Shown here in pieces: positions 1 to 12,918 of a DNA stretch of 64,000 bases (positions are counted from its first letter, which is position 1; each line of letters begins with the position of its first letter). A program made the position numbers and the translations under genes. This stretch comes from Guillardia theta CCMP2712 (taxonomy: Eukaryota; Protista; Cryptophyta). Where the stretch lies: positions 180,938 to 244,937 of the forward strand of contig NW_005434668.1 in NCBI RefSeq assembly GCF_000315625.1. Reading direction: 5' to 3'. The notes beneath the pieces are model-generated. The model ran no database searches and was not told where the DNA came from. It was given only the letters and a program-made list of their open reading frames with translations.

Positions 1-3000
1 CCTCCCACCCTGCCGTCTCTCCACTCTCCACCCGCGACATCTCGTGAGGTACCGACGCCATCCTCAAGCTCACGCCCTCCTCGCCAGCCCCGCTCGATAC
101 AGGAAGAGGCTCAGCGGCAACAGAAGGGAAGGGAGGAAGATCAGCTTCTGCTAAATTGTCAGAAGTGTTTGGAGGAAGTTGACCGAGCTTGGAGAGGAGG
201 GGAAGACGAGGGGAAATGCGAGGAAGAGAGAGGAAGAGTAAAAGTCCGACAAGACAAAGCAATCAGACAGCCAGGGAGAAGAAGATGAGGAGGGGAGGGG
301 ATCGAGAAAGAGAGAAGGAGGAGGAGGAGGAAGAGAGAAGGGGGGGAGGGGGGGGGCAACCGTTTCTCAGATACATCGAGGAGCTTGCGGATGCTATTCC
401 TCCACACTCCAAGGAGCAGGTTCATCTCTTCAACCAGGTCGCTCTCTTCCTTCTCATCCCCAAGTAGCTGAAGCGACTGCGATACCCCGCAGCTGTCCAT
501 CTTCTTCAAGCTCGCCAGCATCCCCGTCCTGCCCAGAGTCAGAGGACGATGCAAGAAGAACAAAGAGAAGAAGTTAAGGAAGAGGGGGGGGGAGGGGGGG
601 CGGACACGAAGGAACCCTGAGGAGGAGTGGCGGGAGGCAGTGGAAGAGTAAGGGAACAGGGAGAAGAAGCGGGAAGGAGGAGGCGAGGAAAGCTCGTCGT
701 GAAACATGTCATCTAACCTGACAGAGGCAAGGAGTTCATGGTAATGGATGAGCCTGTCATGCAGGAAGTGACATTTGTCGCTGGTGATGAGCAGCTGGTC
801 TTGGAGCCCATTGATCAGCTTCTCCGTGCTTACATTCTTTTCATTGTCCTCCGAGTTGGCAAAGATGTTCATGATGCAAGCGTTGAGCTCCTCCTTTTCT
901 CTCCTCAACTCCTCACACCTCGCCTCCGCGTCCCTCACGGCCTCCTCCCACGTCATCTTCGTCCCCTTGAGGTTCGAGAAGATGGTAGTGATCCGCTCCA
1001 GCGACGTATCGCCGATCTTGACTGTCATTGTCTTGATTGTCTCGTCAAACGTCTTGAGCTTGTCCTTCAACGTCTGCCTCCTCGGTGTCTCGACCTCGGG
1101 GTCGTACAGTCGGGCGATCTCGTCCTTAAGCCGCTCGTACTTGTCGTAGAACTTGTTCATCTGCTCCTTCAGCAGGTGGTTAAGCCGAACCTCTTGCCTT
1201 CTCTTCTCCAGCTCCCTGGCATAGTTCTCCCTTGCCGCCTCCAACAGCAGCCGCTGCTGCTTCAGCTCGTTGGTGAGCAGGTCTCTCTGCATGTTGGGAA
1301 TCTCGAGCTTGAAGGATTCTCTCAGGTTGTGCAGGTCTTGAGAGTGGTTCCTGCCCCTTCTTGTCAGATTGCCAAGCATCCTCAAAATTTTCAAATACTT
1401 GACTGTCTTCTTCAACGTTTCAAGGTCTTTTTCGTCCACATCGATGAAGTTTTTCAACCTCTGGATCATGTGCTCGAGAGATTTCTTCTCCTGCTCAGCA
1501 AGAGGCGCAAACGTGTCAACACGACCGAGCGGCACGCACATTATCTCACCAGACACTCTTTTCTCGTTGCATCCTGTATTTTTCTGATCGACATGTTGAG
1601 GTCCGTGATGCCAGCATCTAGAATCTTGCTATGTTCTTGAAGGTCCGAGCCTTGTCCCTCCTTGAGCTTCAACTGTGCGTGAGAATTTGCAAGCTTCTTC
1701 TCCCGACTGATCCGGAGAGCCTTCGAGTCGTTGTACTCCCTCACCAGGGACAAAACTTTCGCCTCCAACTTGTGCTTGAGCGCCTCAACATCCTCCGGAC
1801 TGGAGACGGAGGATGCGGATATCATTTTGAGCTCCTCTGGGACTTCGTTCTCTGCCGCAAGGTCTTGCCTGCCCTCAAGTCAGCAGCAGCAGATTACTGG
1901 TAGAGACGACACACCTGATCTTCTCGAGCTCAATCTCCGTGTAGGTGTTCTTCTTCCAATCCAAGAAAGATTTCTGAAACCACTGTCTCACTAGATAACA
2001 CCTCACCAAACTCCCTTTCAGGACCTGCTTTTCTTGCAGTACTGTGTTGAACTTGCGAGAGGGAGGGTTGTACAGGCTATCCCTCCAACTGCAGCATGCT
2101 TCAATACACACAAGCTGACAGAACTGACTTGCACATACAGAGTTCCTGTGTTGACAACGAGCCCAGCGTCCTTTGCCTTGTCACGCAGTCGACTAAGTGA
2201 GGAGGTGAGCTTCTTTTCGAGGTCAGGGTCAGATCCAAATCCATGGGTATCTTTCATGTCCGTGACTTTGCTGAACAGCAACAAGTCACTCTACAGCAAG
2301 TCGATCAAGTCGGAGAACCTAATCTTCTTCTTCTTAGATTTCTGCTTCAATATCTGTGGGATGGTAGGGAGTATCAGATTCGCTTTCTGAACATCTGCCA
2401 TTGCACTCAGCCAACGTCCTCTTTTGCTTCACCACACAAACGGCAAGGACCTGAAAACTCGTTCTCGTCAGGACTTGAAGGTTTTTCCTCCTGTGGTGAT
2501 TTGGACGAAGCTTCCCACGACTTGTTCATTGCACTCATTCTTCTGATCAACTTCTCCCCAGCTTCTCTCCCTTCAGGAGTGAAAAGCATGAAGGTGCGGG
2601 ACTGGGGGTCGGCAAATCCCAAACTCGTTCGGGACCTCTGCACGCGCTTCCCCGCTGAAAGATGTGTCAGAGGCTGCAACAAGACACGCTATCCAAGTTG
2701 GTGACGCTGCGAGCCAACGTGGGGGTAGCAGGGGAAAAGGTAGTAGAAGAGGAGTTAGTAGAGAGCAAAAATACAATGTTAGCAGAGAAGGAGAACGAGG
2801 TGGTAGTAGAAGAGGAATAGAAAGAGGGGGGGGGGGAAAAAAGAGGAAAAAGGGGGGGAAGAGGAGGGAAATGAGGAACGGGGGGTGGGAGGAGGATGAT
2901 ATGAGAAATTGGCCGGGGAGGGTTGGGGAAGGAGAAATCCAAAGATCTTAAACCGAAATTGTGGGTTGAGGGGGACGGTGAAGGCCATCTTAAACTCGCG

Positions 3001-3366
3001 CGTCGNNNNNNNNNNNNNNNNNNNNNNNNNNNNNNNNNNNNNNNNNNNNNNNNNNNNNNNNNNNNNNNNNNNNNNNNNNNNNNNNNNNNNNNNNNNNNNN
3101 NNNNNNNNNNNNNNNNNNNNNNNNNNNNNNNNNNNNNNNNNNNNNNNNNNNNNNNNNNNNNNNNNNNNNNNNNNNNNNNNNNNNNNNNNNNNNNNNNNNN
3201 NNNNNNNNNNNNNNNNNNNNNNNNNNNNNNNNNNNNNNNNNNNNNNNNNNNNNNNNNNNNNNNNNNNNNNNNNNNNNNNNNNNNNNNNNNNNNNNNNNNN
3301 NNNNNNNNNNNNNNNNNNNNNNNNNNNGGAGGAGATGTTTTGTTCTTCACCGGCTCCCGCAGACAT
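1..3366 (-). CDS. Multi-exon coiled-coil protein, outer dynein arm docking complex (ODAD1/ODAD3, CCDC114/CCDC151)-like; 3' end runs off the window and the 5' part crosses the gap
   Basis: Successive minus-strand coiled-coil exons (ORFs 159-1556, 1541-1825, 2018-2284, 2407-2682) separated by GT-AG introns. Segment TFDETIKTMTVKIGDTSLERITTIF...EELRREKEEL...HDRLIHYHELLASVR|TGM resembles the ODA-DC C-terminal pattern as I recall it. Start is uncertain. Confidence 0.5.
3006..3327. other. Assembly gap (N run)
   Basis: Run of n characters. Confidence 1.
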
Positions 3367-3637
3367 TTCAACCGCTTCCCACCCGTCTTGGTACTCCCAC
3401 CCCCATCATGACAGTAAGAAGAACGGGTGATAGATCTTGACTTTTTTGTAGGTCATTCATTTCATATTGCTCGAGTTAATTTGAAAATTACACGAATCTC
3501 TTTTCCAAAGCACACTCTGTATGTGGGGTAGCACCTTTTACAATGGCTGAACACCCAATTTGGATTGAAATGAGGGGGTAGGGGTAGCGATATGGAGGGG
3601 TTATCAGCCCTTGGCTCCTCAAGTGCCCTTTCGCGTC

Positions 3638-4623
3638 ATGCTCAACAAGCTCTTCCTCGTCGCTCGCTTCCAGAACCTCGGTGAACCTCGATCCTCTCTT
3701 GATGGCTCCTTCTTCGCGGACATGCTCCTCTCTGACCTCTCTCCGCCTTTCATGCTCCTCTATCATCTTTCTCTCGGCATGGTTCATCCTGCATCGTGCC
3801 TCCTGCTTTGCGTCTTCTGCTTCACAATCACAACGTCAGAACAATCTGAGAACCTTTCTCAGTTTGCCGCAACTTGCTTCGTCTCTTCATTCTCCCTACT
3901 TCCTTCCTCCAATGACACCTCCCGTATACCTTCACCTTCTATCATGATGATGCCTTGTCCACCCCAATCTCACTTTGCTGCTTTTGTTCTTCTTCCTACA
4001 ATTGTTTCCTGCTCTTACGCAGAACCATTCCATCGGCTTTCTTCTCACTCTCAGCTCCTGCATTCACTCTACCATTGCTGCTCATCATTTTTGTGCAACC
4101 GATCTATCACGTCTGCCCATGTGTAGTTGCAGCGACCAAAATCGTACCCAGTCAGTCCTACAGATGATCAGCACTTGTTCACATCTACACTACTCACCTC
4201 ACAGCCTCCATTGATGATAATCACTTGTTCACATCTACACTACTCACCTCACAGCCTCCATTGATGATAATCACTTGTTCACATCTACACTACTCACCTC
4301 ACAGCCTCCATTGTCGCCTGTCACTGACGAGATCACCGACAGCGTTCGCTCACGACACCGGCATCGACAGGGGGGTGTGGGACAACCCTTTTGACGATGG
4401 CTCCTTCGGCACCCAGTACATCGCCAACGTTGATGAGCTTCCTCAATGTAACAAACATGTCAACCTCACACGCTGAGAAGCAACTGACGTGTCTGTAGAC
4501 TCCTGGACCTTCAACCAGCCCGATGACTATGGCGCGGCTGACCAGGTACCGCCAGCTCTCCTGCTCTTGGGTGTGCATTAATGGTTGATGGTGCAGATCA
4601 CCCCTACCACTCTCACTGAGTAA
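3638..4623 (+). CDS. Small (~79 aa) five-exon hypothetical protein, acidic and aromatic-rich
   Basis: Hand-spliced using GT-AG sites (exons ~3638-3680, 4133-4150, 4343-4447, 4499-4545, 4597-4623): MLNKLFLVARFQNLATKIVPTFAHDTGIDRGVWDNPFDDGSFGTQYIANVDELPQYSWTFNQPDDYGAADQITPTTLTE*. Phases are consistent. Confidence 0.55.
4164..4313 (+). repeat. 50-bp tandem repeat x3, intronic
   Basis: Unit atgataatcacttgttcacatctacactactcacctcacagcctccattg at 4164, 4214 and 4264; the first copy differs slightly at its start. Confidence 0.95.
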
Positions 4624-4771
4624 GTGTTTCCTCCTGAAACCTCCGTGAGGCTTTGTCGTGGGTTGTTGTACAGAGCAAGAAAGGGTTTTATCCAATCTAG
4701 TAAAGAATGATTGTAGCGATATTTACAACCTATGTACACACTCTCCTCCGCTTCCCCTAGAGTCTTTTGTG

Positions 4772-5384
4772 TCACAGAGGGTTCAGGACAGGAGAGTATC
4801 CGTTCCCTTCCCCTCTCCTCAATCTCCCACACAGGCTCCGAACGGCGAGGAGGACATCTGCAGCCCTTGTGACTGAAGGAGGAGGAAGTAGGAGATCACC
4901 GCAGTCACGCAGGAATCGCCATGAGCTCGGAGCGCTGGAAAAATCGACGGAATGTTTTCGTTCAAGGAAGGAATGGCTCTGCCGGCGCGTAAGGGAGAAG
5001 GAGAGAGGAAGCAGAGGAGGGGCAGAAGGGGAAAGAGAGCAGCAATGGAACTAGGGCAGGGAGGGTAGGAGCGAGGGAGTGAAGACCTGTAAATTGCTGC
5101 AAGCAATCTTCACAAGCCCTGTCAGTGCCTTCACCTGCTCCCATGAGAGTGAGTGAGAGGAGAGAGTAGGAGGGAAGACGAGCCCTTCGCTCTAGAGGAG
5201 TGGAGTGGCGAAGCGAGTCGTGAAGCTGCTCCTCTAGCGAAGACAGCTCTATGTCGATAGAACGAGACCTGCCACAGAAATCCTTCAGGAGGGAGAAAAT
5301 GCGAGGAAGGATAAGGGAAAAGACGATGAGGAGGCAACAACTAGAACGAAGAAGGGGAAGGATGGAGCAGAAAGAGCTGGAGCT

Positions 5385-5433
<49 letters not shown>

Positions 5434-8316
5434 TAGCAGGAGCAGGAGCAGGAGCAGTAGCAGGGGCAGGAGCAGGAGCAGGGGGGGAGGGGGGGGCGGT
5501 GCTTACGCAGTGTTATCGGAGCCAAGAGTCTCCAAAAGCTCCTCGATGGAAGCAAGCGCCTGTCTCCGTTTAATTCTCCTCGCATGTGCCCAACAAGGAC
5601 ACCTGCTGGACCAGCTCCTCCTGCTCCACTGACAAACAGGTAAGCTCGAACATGGCTCCCGTGCTTCTCTCACGTTCTCTGTGGATGAATTCCTTCAGCC
5701 CGTCGTCCGACGTCTCCTTGCTGCACGGAAGAGAGTCGTCAAGAGTCGTCAAGGACGCAGAGGGCTGTCAGACCCGTTCTCAATGTGGTGGTTTGAAAGT
5801 CTGATCTCAATCATCTCCTCATCTTCCATGACGAACATCGTCAGGACCTTGCGTTGAGAGTGAGCAAGAGGAGGGCTGACTTTTAGAATGAAGTTGATTA
5901 GTTAGCTCCTTGATCTTGTTTTGTTGCTCCTGCTCAGCATGTCAAGACTTGTTTTCAACAGTCGAGGCATGCTATCCCACCATGACTGTCAGCTTCGAGC
6001 TCTGCAGAGCATTTTCGACTTCTGGTAGCTGATTTCACATCTCGGCAAACTTGCGAAAGAAGAAGCAAACCTGCAAGCTTCACTCTTGCGTCGTTTTGTA
6101 GTCCCTTCACAATCTCCTTGTCCATTGCCAACTGCTTGTCGTGCTCTTCCTGTCTTGCTGTGTGAACCGTTGGGAGGTTGTCAAATGACTCGCTCGCCTG
6201 AAGGGCGTTGAGCTTGCCGGCGGTTGACTCCAACGAGTTCTTCAAACTTTCAATTTCCTTGCGGGACTGACGTTGCAGTTATAACCTTGTCAGGCCAACA
6301 ATACATGGACTGGGGTCGACCAGATTTTCCTTCTCTTGAAACTTCCTCTGGTCATTCTCACGATCCTGATTGGAATGTGAGGAGGATTGTGCTTCACCAT
6401 AACAAGCAAGACCCGCTTGCATGCTTGCAGAGTGTTTGTGATAGATTGAATTGTACTTTCCAGCTTGCTTTTCTCCGACTGCAGTTCACAGTCAGGAATG
6501 TGAGGCAAGGCAGGTCAAGGCAAGACTTTGAGAAAATTTTCTGTCTGCTGTGATTTCTTTAGGTCCACCTGTCCAACTTATCAGTCTTGGAGCGTGTTTA
6601 CAAGAAACGTGTCAGTGATGTGCTTACATTCAAAGATGCGATCTCATCTTGGAGTGAATTTATCTTGGCTTGCAACGTCATCACTTCTTCGTTCTTTTTC
6701 GCAGTGTTGATGCCATTGGCAGCAGAATACTTCTCAAGCTGCTCTCTCAGACCCTCAAATTCCTTGTCCTTGAGATTGCCATCAGCTCGTCTTTTGGAAG
6801 CAAGAAAGTTACACCTTGTTTCGACGGGCATCTTCAAGCTCTTGGATGTACTTGTTTGCCTTCGAATATCATCAACAGAAACCCTCTCAAATTAATCTCA
6901 ACTTCCATCTCCCCACATATCACCTCAGGGCTCACCATACTCGCACAAACCAGCTCACCTGTTGGTATGTAACATGCAACTTGTCGTATCGCGAGTCTAC
7001 CAGAGCTCGCTCCTCCTCTAACTTCTGCCTTTCTGCCGATGCCTGGGAGGGGTTTCACTTCACCAATCAATTCGTCCTCCTCCTCCTCCTCCTCCTCCTC
7101 CTCCTCCTCCTCCTCCTCCTCCTCCTCCTCCTCCTCCTCCTCCTCCTCCTCTTCGACCTTTTCCAGCCGATCTCTTGTATCTTGATACAATCGCTCCAAC
7201 CGCAAACATCTCGTCTTCCATCGCATAACCGCATTCTCGCCATCTTCGCTCCCTGTAACGTCCGAATTGCTGCCCTCCGGTTGGTCCACCGCTGAAGCCT
7301 CCCCTTCCTGGGCAAGACGCTTCACCATTGCAACAGCAAGTCCAAGAGCTTCAACCTTAGCAGGAAGGAGACCTTCATCTGTCTGCGCTCATAATATGAG
7401 GGCTGTAGGATGGAGAAACTGACACGAACCTCGTGATCCTGCTGCCCATCGGGTGAGTGTGCTGGATCAAACCCTCCGCTGCTCAAGAACAGCTGAGTCT
7501 TTGCATCCTCCAGCTGTTGAGAGCAGGTCATCAGCAGGATTTAGAACAATCTTCACAATGTTTCCTCTCGTTTCAGCCGAGAAACTTCTTCTCTTGCCGT
7601 TTTCAGCTCCTCATCTGAATTCTGGCTCGAGTCGCTTCCAAATATGTATTTCTGTGCCTCAGTCTTGATCATTTCCTTGAGAGAAACATCAAAAACACAA
7701 ACAAACGAACAATATCCACGTCATCTCACAGCTTCAGCTGCTCGGAGCTCCAGAGCTCTCTGCATCCTTGCAACCTGTACAAAACAAGTCCACCTGAGAA
7801 AGCTTCTAACAATCAGTTTTCTTTCCCACACCTCTCCCTGTAATTCCGATCGCATCTGTCTAGACATCTCGGCTTCTTCTTTGAAGTTGATGACCTGCAT
7901 GCATTTCAGCCGGTCGATCCCGAGAAGCAACCTTCTCACCTGCCGCTCCAACTTCTCCTTTTCACCTGCCAGCGCATGCTCGGATGTGCGTATCCTTTCG
8001 ATCTGCTCCTTCTGAACATCGATGTTTCGAGTCAGTTTGATTTTCAACCATTCTTCACCTTCGTCATTTCTCTTCCTCCTCTCTTTACCTTTTGCCTCCC
8101 TCCCGCACTGCTTGCCATGGCAAACCTCCTCCATTCTCCCCTCCATTCTCTTTCTTACCCCGCATCTCCCTCCTCCCATCTTCTTCCTACTGCTCTTTCC
8201 CATCTGCCTCCTTGATTCGTTACTCTGACCTGTTTGATGAGAGCTGACGTCAGCGTCCTCACCCTCTCCCGCAGCTCCTCCTCAGTCGCCCTGCCCACGT
8301 CGAACTTTCTCGCCAT
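4772..8316 (-). CDS. Multi-exon long coiled-coil hypothetical protein
   Basis: ATG at 8316 (MARKFDVGRATEEELRERVRTLTSALIKQ|gtcag), then many short E/K/Q/L-rich exons with GT-AG introns. Probable last exon SHSFLERK...VLNPL* ends at 4772. Confidence 0.65.
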
Positions 8317-8966
8317 TGATTGAGTGAGACACGAGCCCGCCTCATATTGAAGTCCTCACTGAGCTGGCGGCAGTAGTGCCACGCCGCGGCGCGGCCCGCG
8401 GTCCGATGGCCCGGCACACTGCCGCGGCGGCCCTGAAGGCCACTGAGTCACGGTGGCCGCTTGAACGGCCCGTGGGCGGGCCTTGGGGGCAGTCGGGCAC
8501 TGCTGCCATGTCAAGTTCACTTACTCCGGCGGACCGTGACTTTCAAGTTCCGATCGGCGGCGGACACTGCCGACGGTCACCGTCATGGGGTTCGGAGGGT
8601 TCCGAAGTTGGATTCTTGCGCGGGGCCGCGTAGAGGCGCTGGGCGGCTCGGAGTTCATCAGGTTGAGTAAAGAAGATTCATCAGGTTAATTAAAGTTCCC
8701 GGCGAACTCCGAAATCCGAGTCCGGGATGCGTCCAGGTACAGCACTGTCACACGGTGTTTTTTTTAAGGGAACAAGTAGTCCAGTCTCAAGAACTCTTGA
8801 GAACAGTTTCTGCTCGGAACTGGAGTAGTTTACTACTGCAGATTCTGCTAACTATTTGTTGAGGGGGCGATGTCACATACTTGTATGTTTACTACGACAG
8901 GTTGTAAAGTCCCTTGATGAATATCCGAGGACACGCAAGCCGATTGCCCGACGAGCGAGGCCAAGC

Positions 8967-9661
8967 ATGACCGACACCAGCATTGATGAGCGCTCAACCA
9001 CCTCCGACAAGGTCGCCGTCGTCCTCCCCAGGAAGAAGCGCGGACAGCCCAAGGTCCGCGGTATGCGCGTCAGCCTCTCCAAGGAAGACATCCAGAAGCT
9101 CTTCCACCTCCGTCAAGTCGAGGCCGCCAAGCTCCTGGTATCTCCCTCCCCCGCTCCTCCTCGCTCTTCCTGCCTTGCTTACCTCCTTGCCTCCCCCCAT
9201 CTCATCAAGCCCTGCTTGCATGCTCAGGCGCTGACCGTCGGCTGTCTTGCTATCAGGGCCTGTCGCTCACTGCGCTCAAGTCGGTATGCCGGAAAGTCGG
9301 CGTCCTCCGCTGGCCGTACTCCCGGGACAGGCAGCAGTCGACCACATCGGGTCTGGGCTCGAGCGCGTCAAGCGGATGGGCAGGGGAGAAGCTGGAGGAG
9401 GTCAGCGATGCGAGCACGGAGGATGCGTCAGGAGGAGGAGAAGAGGAGGGGAGACATGAGGAATGGAAGGGGAGCAGCACGCGTCGGGCAGAGGGGAGGG
9501 AAAGTTGGGAAGCGAGTGCGAATAGCATGTTGGTTGGTGACTTGGAGGACACCTGGGAAGAGCTAGAAGAGTGCCGGCGGGCTCTTGACGCAAAGTGGAT
9601 AGCCTGGTATATATCAGCGACGGACGAGAGCAGTGTAACTCGCTGGGATGGTTTTTCATAG
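8967..9661 (+). CDS. RWP-RK domain transcription factor, array A copy 1 (exons 8967-9137, 9257-9661)
   Basis: Spliced: VVLPRKKRGQPKVRGMRVSLSKEDIQKLFHLRQVEAAKLL|GLSLTALKSVCRKVGVLRWPYSR, an RWP-RK helix-turn-helix signature; 119-bp phase-0 GT-AG intron. Confidence 0.92.
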
Positions 9662-10629
9662 ACCTTTCGATCGAGCCCATTCTAATTGTGAATTCTAGTT
9701 TTCTTGTCCTATAGCAATTCTCCTACATGTCTCTTGTCTTTTAACAAGATTTTTCTTCTGATATGAGATGGCCGCGTGGCCCGGTGTTCCGGAAGTTCCG
9801 AGTCACACAACTTGCCGGGCAACACTAACCGTTGAACTTTCACTTAGACTCAGGCTTCAGATTTCGCCAACCGGCGAGTCAGAGTTGAAACCTGAGGATT
9901 TTTAAAGTTGTTCTGAACTTACTAATGCCACGATGATGAAATCCACACGTACGGTAGCCCGTATCGGCCGGCCGAGGCCGGCGGCGCGCGGCGAATCTCC
10001 GAGGCCGCTCCGTCAGTACGGTACGGTAACTGTGACTTCGGCGTGCCGCAGTGTGCGGCCGCGGCAAACGGGAACCGGGTGTCGGACCGGCCCGCGGCGT
10101 GGTCGCCGACCGGCAGCCTGTACGGTAGCAAGTTCCGAAAGTTCTGAGTTCCGATGGCCGGGCATGATGCGGCCCTCACTGACAGTCCGGGCTCGGATCG
10201 GGGCGACTCATTTTCAAGTTTTTAACCACTTTGAGCAAAAGATGGTAACGGCTGCACAAGGTAAAAAAACAAGACGAGGCGGACTCGCTCTAGTACCAAG
10301 AACGGAATTTCCCGATCAGATGGAACTTTCCTCCAACTGGCGGAACTTGAAAGCGGGCTTCAAAGTTCCGATCGGAATTTTCCGTGTTTGATGTTTTACT
10401 ACAGAGATTTCCACACATTCGGTTCTTGCTTCGGAGGATTCCGTACGGTACAAATATTTTGTTAAAGTACAAATTCTGAAAATTGATGACTATGCCTCTA
10501 TCAACATTAGTCCTTTCGAGGAAAAGAGAAGGTCGGACCTCAGTTAATTACAACACGGCTTCAAAAACAAGCATTGTTTCATTTAACAATAGTTTTTCGG
10601 AAAATAAAGCTACTCCCACACCTGCACTC

Positions 10630-10637
10630 TATAAAAG
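10630..10637 (+). promoter_or_regulatory. Candidate TATA box of RWP-RK copy 2
   Basis: TATAAAAG lies 39 bp upstream of the first in-frame ATG (10669). Confidence 0.4.
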
Positions 10638-10704
10638 CCTCGGAATTGAACCACTTCTGCAACAAAGCATGCCAGCAACACAGAGCACCTTCATCCCTTT
10701 TTCC

Positions 10705-11348
10705 ATGCACACTACAGAGATTGACGATAGCGATACTTGCTCATCCTGCAGCTCCCCATCTGCGAGACCTCCATGCTCTCCTACCGACCTCATCCCCGAC
10801 AAGGTCGCCGTCGTCCTCCCCAGGAAGAAGCGCGGACAGCCCAAGGTCCGCGGTATGCGCGTCAGCCTCTCCAAGGAAGACATCCAGAAGCTCTTCCACC
10901 TCCGTCAAGTCGAGGCTGCCAAGCTCCTGGTATCTCCCTCCCTCGCTCCTCCTCGCTCTTCCTGCCTTGCTTACCTCCTTGCCTCTCCCCATCTCATCAA
11001 GCCCTGCTTGCATGCTCAGGCGCTGACCGTCGGCTGTCTTGCTATCAGGGCCTGTCGCTCACTGCGCTCAAGTCGGTATGCCGGAAAGTCGGCGTCCTCC
11101 GCTGGCCGTACTCCCGGGACAGGCAGCAGTCGACCACATCGGGTCTGGGCTCGAGCGCGTCAAGCGGATGGGCAGGGGGGAACAGCGACGCGAGCACAGA
11201 GGATGCGTCAGGAGGGGAGGAGGGAGGGGAGTGGGTGCACGAGTGGGACGGAGATTGCGATCAGGAGGAGGACAGGAGGCCGCTGGACGCCAGGTGGATA
11301 GCGTGGTACATCTCAGCGACGGAGGAGAGCGACGTGAGTATGTGGTGA
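10705..11348 (+). CDS. RWP-RK domain transcription factor, array A copy 2 (intron 10930-11048; alternative ATG at 10669)
   Basis: Same RWP-RK core and intron as copy 1. N-terminus MHTTEIDDSDT aligns with copy 3 MHPVQIDDSDT. Ends LDARWIAWYISATEESDVSMW*. Confidence 0.92.
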
Positions 11349-11940
11349 ATGAGGGTGCGGGAAGGAGCTTATCTCGGGTGGCTGGATATTGCTTTGTTTT
11401 GAATTGCTCAGCCACGACGATATTCATGTATTTGTAGAGTGCTTTCTGCTTGACTTGCAAAAGCACTGCCTGGCAAATTAGCATTTGCCGAACGGTTATT
11501 CATGTTTGGCCAAGTTTTGAAAGATTGTTACATGACTCAGTGAGTAAACACTTGGAATTGGAAAACTATCTTCTAGCACTGAATCCTGCTGTATCGAGGT
11601 TGCCTTTTATGAGTAGTACTCATCAGGCTTCCTTTTCAAGTTTGTTGAAGTTGTGGACGGGCCCATCATTCAACTCAGTCGGAACTAAGTTTAAGCCGCG
11701 GGCCGCGGTTCTAGCTTACCCAACTCGCCAATGTACCGCAAAGCCGTGCGGCGGCCCGCCCATCACGGTAGGCTAGCTTCCAGTAACGCCGTTGAATAAT
11801 CGGCTGCATGCTGCGGTCATATTTTCTTTATTGACTGAAAAAGAAGGGCAAACCGGAGCAAACAAAGGAGGGGGAGGATAAAGCGGCCTACAAACCCGCC
11901 TCAATAAAATACTAGGAAACGAAGGAGGCAGCGAAATCCG

Positions 11941-12129
11941 CTACTCCAACCACGCAAGCGACGGCATGCATGAACGACAAGCAGGGGAACAAGGATCAGG
12001 ACAAAGAGCAGTAGCGCAAGGCTGATCAAAGGCCCCTGCGCCGGAGGAGGACTGCAAGACCCATACGAGAGCGATACTGCCGAAACAGGCGAGCACGCAA
12101 ACGATGAAAGCCAGCCTGAGGGTCCCCAT
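11941..12129 (-). CDS. Possible small secreted Cys-rich peptide (62 aa)
   Basis: Hydrophobic N-terminus MGTLRLAFIVCVLACFGSIALVWVL followed by CATALCPDPCSPACRSC; lies just downstream (minus sense) of a GC-rich promoter-like block. A competing overlapping frame exists. Confidence 0.3.
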   Translation of the reverse strand: MGTLRLAFIVCVLACFGSIALVWVLQSSSGAGAFDQPCATALCPDPCSPACRSCMPSLAWLE

Positions 12130-12918
12130 ACACCGCCTCCCGGAGTCCTAAGCGCATGAGAGTCCATCCGAGCCCGGCGGCCCACTCAGCCGCTGTCAGC
12201 GTAGCTCCATGGCCGTGATCCGCCAGGTACCGTACCAGAGAAACCACCGATCGGATCGGTCATGATCCGTACCTGCAGTGAAGGGAACTTTAAGCGCGTT
12301 CGTGAGGGAGATGGTGAGGAACTTCGGAGGATGGTTGTGCGGCGGTCAAACTGACCTCGTAAAGGCCTTCGGCGGGTGATGGGTGCCATAACTTGCCGCG
12401 CAGTGCGCCGCCCGATCGTGGGCGGGGCCGCGCGGAGAGCGCACTGCAGAAAGTCCGACTGTGTGTCGGCAGTGTCATCGTGAAGTCCAGAACCAGCCCA
12501 TGCGGCCAGTGGCATGGTATTTTACTGAGTGCCCGCGTTAGCCGGGCCAGGCTGCATGGCGGCGGCGGCCCGGTTGAACCGCCCGTGGCCCGGCCGGGCG
12601 TCCACTCCCGCTCCCAAAATAACCCTGCCTGCAAGCTAGACAATGAGAATCTTACTACACGGCGGTACCGGAAACGACCGAGCAGAAACTCTCAACGATT
12701 CGTAGTCTGTCATGAGGACTTTACGACACCAAGAAGGAACCACCCACTAGAAAAGGTTTTCACAATGCCTTCACCTCCCCCAACTGCGCCTCCGCGATCA
12801 CTCCACAGAAGCAAGCGCCCTCGAGCCCCAGCCATCTTGTCCAAGTCTACCAGCTCCACCTCTGACATCGCCTGGCTCTCCGATCATCGGCTACAGATCA
12901 GCCACACTGCATCTACCA

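Noticed and set aside
738-1640. Long antisense ORFs (also 29814-30572, 52143-52976, 56734-57567)
   Set aside because: Shadow frames opposite well-supported genes, a consequence of codon bias.
4164-4313. Possible CRISPR array
   Set aside because: Head-to-tail 50-bp units with no unique spacers, no cas genes and a eukaryotic context.
7075-7152. Poly-Glu/poly-Arg/poly-Leu ORFs
   Set aside because: (GAG)n tract directly after an AAG|GT donor; the coding frame resumes at LEEERALVDS. Intronic microsatellite.
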